This document shows positions 34,011-37,558 of a stretch of 37,558 nt of DNA, in pieces. How positions within the stretch are numbered: position 1 is the stretch's first letter; every line of letters begins with the position of its first letter. The notes under the pieces were generated by a model, which was not told where the DNA came from, did no database searches, and was given only the letters and a program-made list of their open reading frames with translations. The stretch is from a virus (Duplodnaviria; Caudoviricetes), in the IMG/VR virus record IMGVR_UViG_3300023220_001050, positions 1-37,558 of that record, one strand, 5' to 3'. Made by a program: the position numbers and the translations under genes.

Positions 34011-34277
34011 TCAAAATTTTGAATAAATATAAAGAAGAGCCCCAAAGAACCCACCGCTCAAACTAATGATAACCCCCCACAACCTATTAAACCGGCGATC
34101 ATCTGAATCACTATGCTGTTCAATATTTTCTTTATTATTAGCAACACTCCCATTCATCTTAATCATCTGCTCTCTCAACTTAGTCAGTTCTTTCGTCATA
34201 TGAATTCTTGATTCTTTTACTTCATCATATACCATTTTATGAGTGACTTTGATGAATGTTTTATCTCCAGCCATCAT
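34011..34277 (-). CDS. Coiled-coil protein with C-terminal TM helix (holin-associated type)
   Basis: 88 aa; C-terminal 'LWGVIISLSGGFFGALLYIY'. Confidence 0.6.
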   Translation of the reverse strand: MMAGDKTFIKVTHKMVYDEVKESRIHMTKELTKLREQMIKMNGSVANNKENIEQHSDSDDRRFNRLWGVIISLSGGFFGALLYIYSKF

Positions 34278-34888
34278 GTAAACTTACCACTACTCGTAGT
34301 GACTCTCCCTCCTTCAACATAGAAAAAAGATATAGTAACATCCTCCATACTAGCCGTATTACTATTCCCAGAAAGGTCAACCGTGAGGGTGTAACTCGCC
34401 GTATCAGACATGGCGTTCTTACCAGGAACACGAATATCATTAGTAGCATCACTCGTATCGTGAAAACAATCACCCAAGATAAAAGAATGCGTAAGGGTAG
34501 TGAAAGACCCACTACTAGAAACAGCTAACGGGTAATCAGGATCGCCAACACCGATGATCTCGGTAGCCGTAGCCTCACCACTAGTCCTCCAAGTACGAGT
34601 ACCATCAGTTACACTGACACGAGCAGCGATAGTGTTCCCATTACTACCTTGTAGATCCATCACGACCTTCATACCGAGCAACATGTTATTACTACTACTA
34701 GGCGTGAACGTCAAACTGATCTTGTTCACGAAACCTATATTTAACTGGGTATACGTAGTCGTGTCCTCAGTCATCCTATCTATCTGGAAATTGGACGCTT
34801 CCTCAATAGTTTGGATCAGGTCGGCGGCGAACAGTACATCTCCATCCGCCCAATCAGTACCGCCAAGACTCGTAATTTTAATTGCCAT
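34274..34888 (-). CDS. Tail fibre/tip protein
   Basis: N-terminal 'WADGDVLFAADL' fibre anchor motif followed by a beta-rich domain. Confidence 0.6.
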   Translation of the reverse strand: MAIKITSLGGTDWADGDVLFAADLIQTIEEASNFQIDRMTEDTTTYTQLNIGFVNKISLTFTPSSSNNMLLGMKVVMDLQGSNGNTIAARVSVTDGTRTWRTSGEATATEIIGVGDPDYPLAVSSSGSFTTLTHSFILGDCFHDTSDATNDIRVPGKNAMSDTASYTLTVDLSGNSNTASMEDVTISFFYVEGGRVTTSSGKFT

Positions 34889-34890
34889 AT

Positions 34891-35145
34891 TTATTCAGCC
34901 TCCTCTAATTCTAAACAAAGTAGATCTTCCAATTCCTTAATCCTACCTTGCAACTCTTCACGGCTCTCACAATTAAACTTGGGAAAGCCGAGGATTCTCA
35001 ACTCCATAGGGAATGATAATTCTTTATCATTCGCTTGAGGGAAATGCTCTTTCGAATCGCTAGCGGCAAGATTCTTCAAACTAATAAGTCTTTTATGTAA
35101 AGCATCACACATCCTCATAACTTGCACACAGCCTTTGATATCCAT
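34891..35145 (-). CDS. Hypothetical protein inside the tail module
   Basis: 84 aa, charged/helical, AT-richer than flanks. Confidence 0.5.
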   Translation of the reverse strand: MDIKGCVQVMRMCDALHKRLISLKNLAASDSKEHFPQANDKELSFPMELRILGFPKFNCESREELQGRIKELEDLLCLELEEAE

Positions 35146-35146
35146 C

Positions 35147-35512
35147 CTAGAACACCTCGAAACGTATCTCTACTTGCAACTCGTTACTCCCATCAAAAGT
35201 CACAAAAGCGAAAGCCTCACGGTCCCACAAATCGTTAGTACCCTTAGTGACGACTTGCCCGATACCGAACTCTCTCAAGTCGACACCGCTCATCGTTACC
35301 GAATTGTTATCAAAGATCCAACCAGTCTCGTTAGCCGTAGCTATATCCCTCGTCGTGAACACCGTCCTAGCAGCCAAGACTTCGGCGAGCAAACTACCAA
35401 GCGTGATCAGTTCCGTCCCGCTCCCGCTACCGATAGCTAAGAACGTAGGGATAGTCCCACTAGGCGTCATCAACAACGCCAACCCACTTCTACCAAAATT
35501 ACTAGTAACCAT
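35147..35512 (-). CDS. Baseplate/tail-fibre-anchoring protein
   Basis: 'MVTSNFGR...FLAIGSG...LREFGI...F' pattern of fibre-base proteins. Confidence 0.6.
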   Translation of the reverse strand: MVTSNFGRSGLALLMTPSGTIPTFLAIGSGSGTELITLGSLLAEVLAARTVFTTRDIATANETGWIFDNNSVTMSGVDLREFGIGQVVTKGTNDLWDREAFAFVTFDGSNELQVEIRFEVF

Positions 35513-35513
35513 C

Positions 35514-37058
35514 TTATGTTCCACTCCGCGCTATCACAAAAGCGCCCTGCGTCCCGCTACCAAGCACGACCTGGCCGCCACCCGTCGCGACCTGCGGACT
35601 GCCAAGCTGACCATTAACCGCGTGTCCAAGAACGAAACTGTTCCCGATCGTCTTCGTCCTAACGAACCACTCCTTGACACGCAAGCCGAAACTTCCACTA
35701 GCGAACTCGAGCCTGGAGAGGATACCTGAGGTGTCGATCCTGGAAGCATCCAAACGGTTCTCTCTTAGGATGATGTCTTTAAGTATGTCAGTTAAATCGC
35801 CAATGCGCTCAGAGACCCGCACCTTCAAGACGTCATCCGCCTCGTTGTTCTTAGGATTAAAATTGTATGTCGCGTCAAGGATTTGGAATGTCTCATTCAC
35901 GATGTTCTCAAAAGGGAGATTGACAACTACCGTGTTACCAGGAGTGATCGCCACGATTCCTTGTATATCTATATCGCCCTGAAGCTTAGGATCTTTAAGA
36001 AGCCTCACCTGGTTTTTAGCGATATCCGCCGCCATGTCAGGATCCTTAATATCCTCATTGATGAGGACCTGCGTACGCTTATTATACGCCGCGATACTAG
36101 CATTATCTCTTGCGAACTTGATGATAGGCCTGCTCGCGAAGTAATCCACCACCACGCTCCCGCCGCTCGCAGGGATACTACTATAGCCCAAGTCCGTGCC
36201 GGACACGAACACTAATTGTTTATCATGAAAACTAACCAAGTAATCCGTACCGCTAGGAGGAACAAGGTTCAAATCAAGAATACCGCCCTGCTGCTGCACC
36301 CCAGAAACGCTCACAGCCGTGTTATGAGGAGCTTCATCGAGAGTGAATACCGATCCTCCATTAGCAGGGAGGTTCTCTGTAGGGTGCGCCACGAGCTGCC
36401 TATCCCCATAAACGAAGATCCTGTTACGGACCTTATCGATATCTTCCCTGAAACGGCTACGCCGAACATTAGTCTCATCAAAAGTCAACCCACTACTTGT
36501 CTGATTCTTTTTTTCGAAATGAAGATCTTTATCCACATCCACATAGAAAAAGAAATCTCCTGCGAGCTCTGCTAATTCTTTCAATGCGTCAAACAAGTTC
36601 ACTTGTTTAAACACTATTCTTCTAAGGATAGTGCCAGTAACGTTCACGTTCGTGGTCGTCACTCCATTAGGCCCGAAATTAGCCATCAAGTTTGTCACTA
36701 TGGTGGAGATCTCATCATCAGTAAAAACGGAAGGCTCAACCGTCGTCCTCTGAAGCAGGGCGTTGAAACCCCGAATCATCAACTTCATCCGCTCCTTATT
36801 ACTACCTTTACCGGTAAAAGTGATCTCCGTAATCACACCAGTCATGATCTTCGTAGTAGGAGGGTTCACATCCTTATCAGCGAAGATGGTTACTTCATCA
36901 CCAACCGAGAAATCGTCCTTGTGCAAACCGTCATGGTTAGGGAACATGGCATCCGCACGGCTACTCGCGTTGTTCTCACCAATACTCCTCGTGACGTTAA
37001 GACTCTCCATATCTCTAAAATCCGTCCCGCCAACCGTCAATTTAACAAAAGTAGGCAT
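35514..37058 (-). CDS. Tail tip/baseplate hub protein
   Basis: 514 aa after the tape measure gene; 'FYVDVDKDLHF', 'NRIFVYG', 'SIAAYNKR'. Confidence 0.75.
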   Translation of the reverse strand: MPTFVKLTVGGTDFRDMESLNVTRSIGENNASSRADAMFPNHDGLHKDDFSVGDEVTIFADKDVNPPTTKIMTGVITEITFTGKGSNKERMKLMIRGFNALLQRTTVEPSVFTDDEISTIVTNLMANFGPNGVTTTNVNVTGTILRRIVFKQVNLFDALKELAELAGDFFFYVDVDKDLHFEKKNQTSSGLTFDETNVRRSRFREDIDKVRNRIFVYGDRQLVAHPTENLPANGGSVFTLDEAPHNTAVSVSGVQQQGGILDLNLVPPSGTDYLVSFHDKQLVFVSGTDLGYSSIPASGGSVVVDYFASRPIIKFARDNASIAAYNKRTQVLINEDIKDPDMAADIAKNQVRLLKDPKLQGDIDIQGIVAITPGNTVVVNLPFENIVNETFQILDATYNFNPKNNEADDVLKVRVSERIGDLTDILKDIILRENRLDASRIDTSGILSRLEFASGSFGLRVKEWFVRTKTIGNSFVLGHAVNGQLGSPQVATGGGQVVLGSGTQGAFVIARSGT

Positions 37059-37059
37059 C

Positions 37060-37557
37060 CTAGAACACCCCAACCAAGTCGCCCAAGCTCACACGTAGGG
37101 CTTCAGCTATGCCTTCAGGATCCACTCCCTGAACAGTATCTATGTTAATAGTCATGGCGCCACCGCCTCCAAGAGCGCCAGGGTTTTTCACTCCGATAAC
37201 GGTATCGTCAGGACTGAAGTTGATAGGGTCCTGACCTGGCCTGCTGATGAAATCGCCAAAAAAACCTCTACGACCTCCTCCAACAGCTCCCCCTACAGCT
37301 CTTCCAACACCGATAGCTGCACGGATAGGACTGCTAAAAATACTTTTCACTTTTTCCCAAACCGTTTTAGCTATCTGCACGATTGATTCAATTAGCGCCC
37401 TTATTTTGTCTATTCTTTTCGCCACTAGATTAACCACGAAATCCCAGACAGCGGTCACTATCGGTTTGATCTTCTCCCAATCCCTGATAGCCAAAACCAC
37501 CATGCCGATAGGGCCAAGAAGGAAAAACAAGGCTCTCGGAATCCCAGCTAGTTTCTC
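37060..37557 (-). CDS. Tape measure protein, C-terminal part (partial)
   Basis: 'LGPIG', Trp-periodic amphipathic repeats, 'DFISRPG...FSPDDTVIG'; frame open to the window edge. Confidence 0.8.
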   Translation of the reverse strand, partial: EKLAGIPRALFFLLGPIGMVVLAIRDWEKIKPIVTAVWDFVVNLVAKRIDKIRALIESIVQIAKTVWEKVKSIFSSPIRAAIGVGRAVGGAVGGGRRGFFGDFISRPGQDPINFSPDDTVIGVKNPGALGGGGAMTINIDTVQGVDPEGIAEALRVSLGDLVGVF

Positions 37558-37558
37558 C

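Noticed and set aside
1-37558. Diversity-generating retroelement, tRNA genes, IS elements, alternative genetic code
   Set aside because: No reverse transcriptase, TR/VR pair, cloverleaf or transposase seen; genes are intact under code 11 with all three stop codons in use

Overview
A near-complete genome segment of a tailed dsDNA virus (HK97-type head, Caudoviricetes-like) that infects an archaeon. Evidence for an archaeal host: TATA-box promoters about 24-26 nt before leaderless starts, oligo-T terminators, GGAGG/GAGGTGA RBSs, GINS- and MCM-like domains, and a sequon-rich LamG protein. A DPANN host (Woesearchaeota/Pacearchaeota-like) is an inference. Almost all genes are on the minus strand. 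Left to right: head-completion and decoration genes, MCP, protease-scaffold, two exported glycoprotein-like genes, MuF, portal and terminases (1-14.4 kb); a replication module with an SSB-like protein, a GINS-B-like mini-protein and an SF3 helicase (15.6-18.3 kb); an AT-rich array of small gene cassettes separated by four 28-bp Xer/dif-like 11-6-11 sites (19.05-20.5 kb); a divergent promoter switch with an RHH regulator and a plus-strand accessory island (20.8-24.1 kb); a 9.6-kb glycosylation operon with UDP-sulfoquinovose synthase next to an APS/PAPS reductase (24.1-33.7 kb); and holin-like, tail and tape-measure genes (33.8-37.6 kb). The best candidates for undescribed systems are the dif-like cassette array and a virus-encoded sulfo-sugar glycosylation system paired with Ser-Gly-enriched virion surface proteins. 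All calls come from motif recognition by eye; no searches were run.
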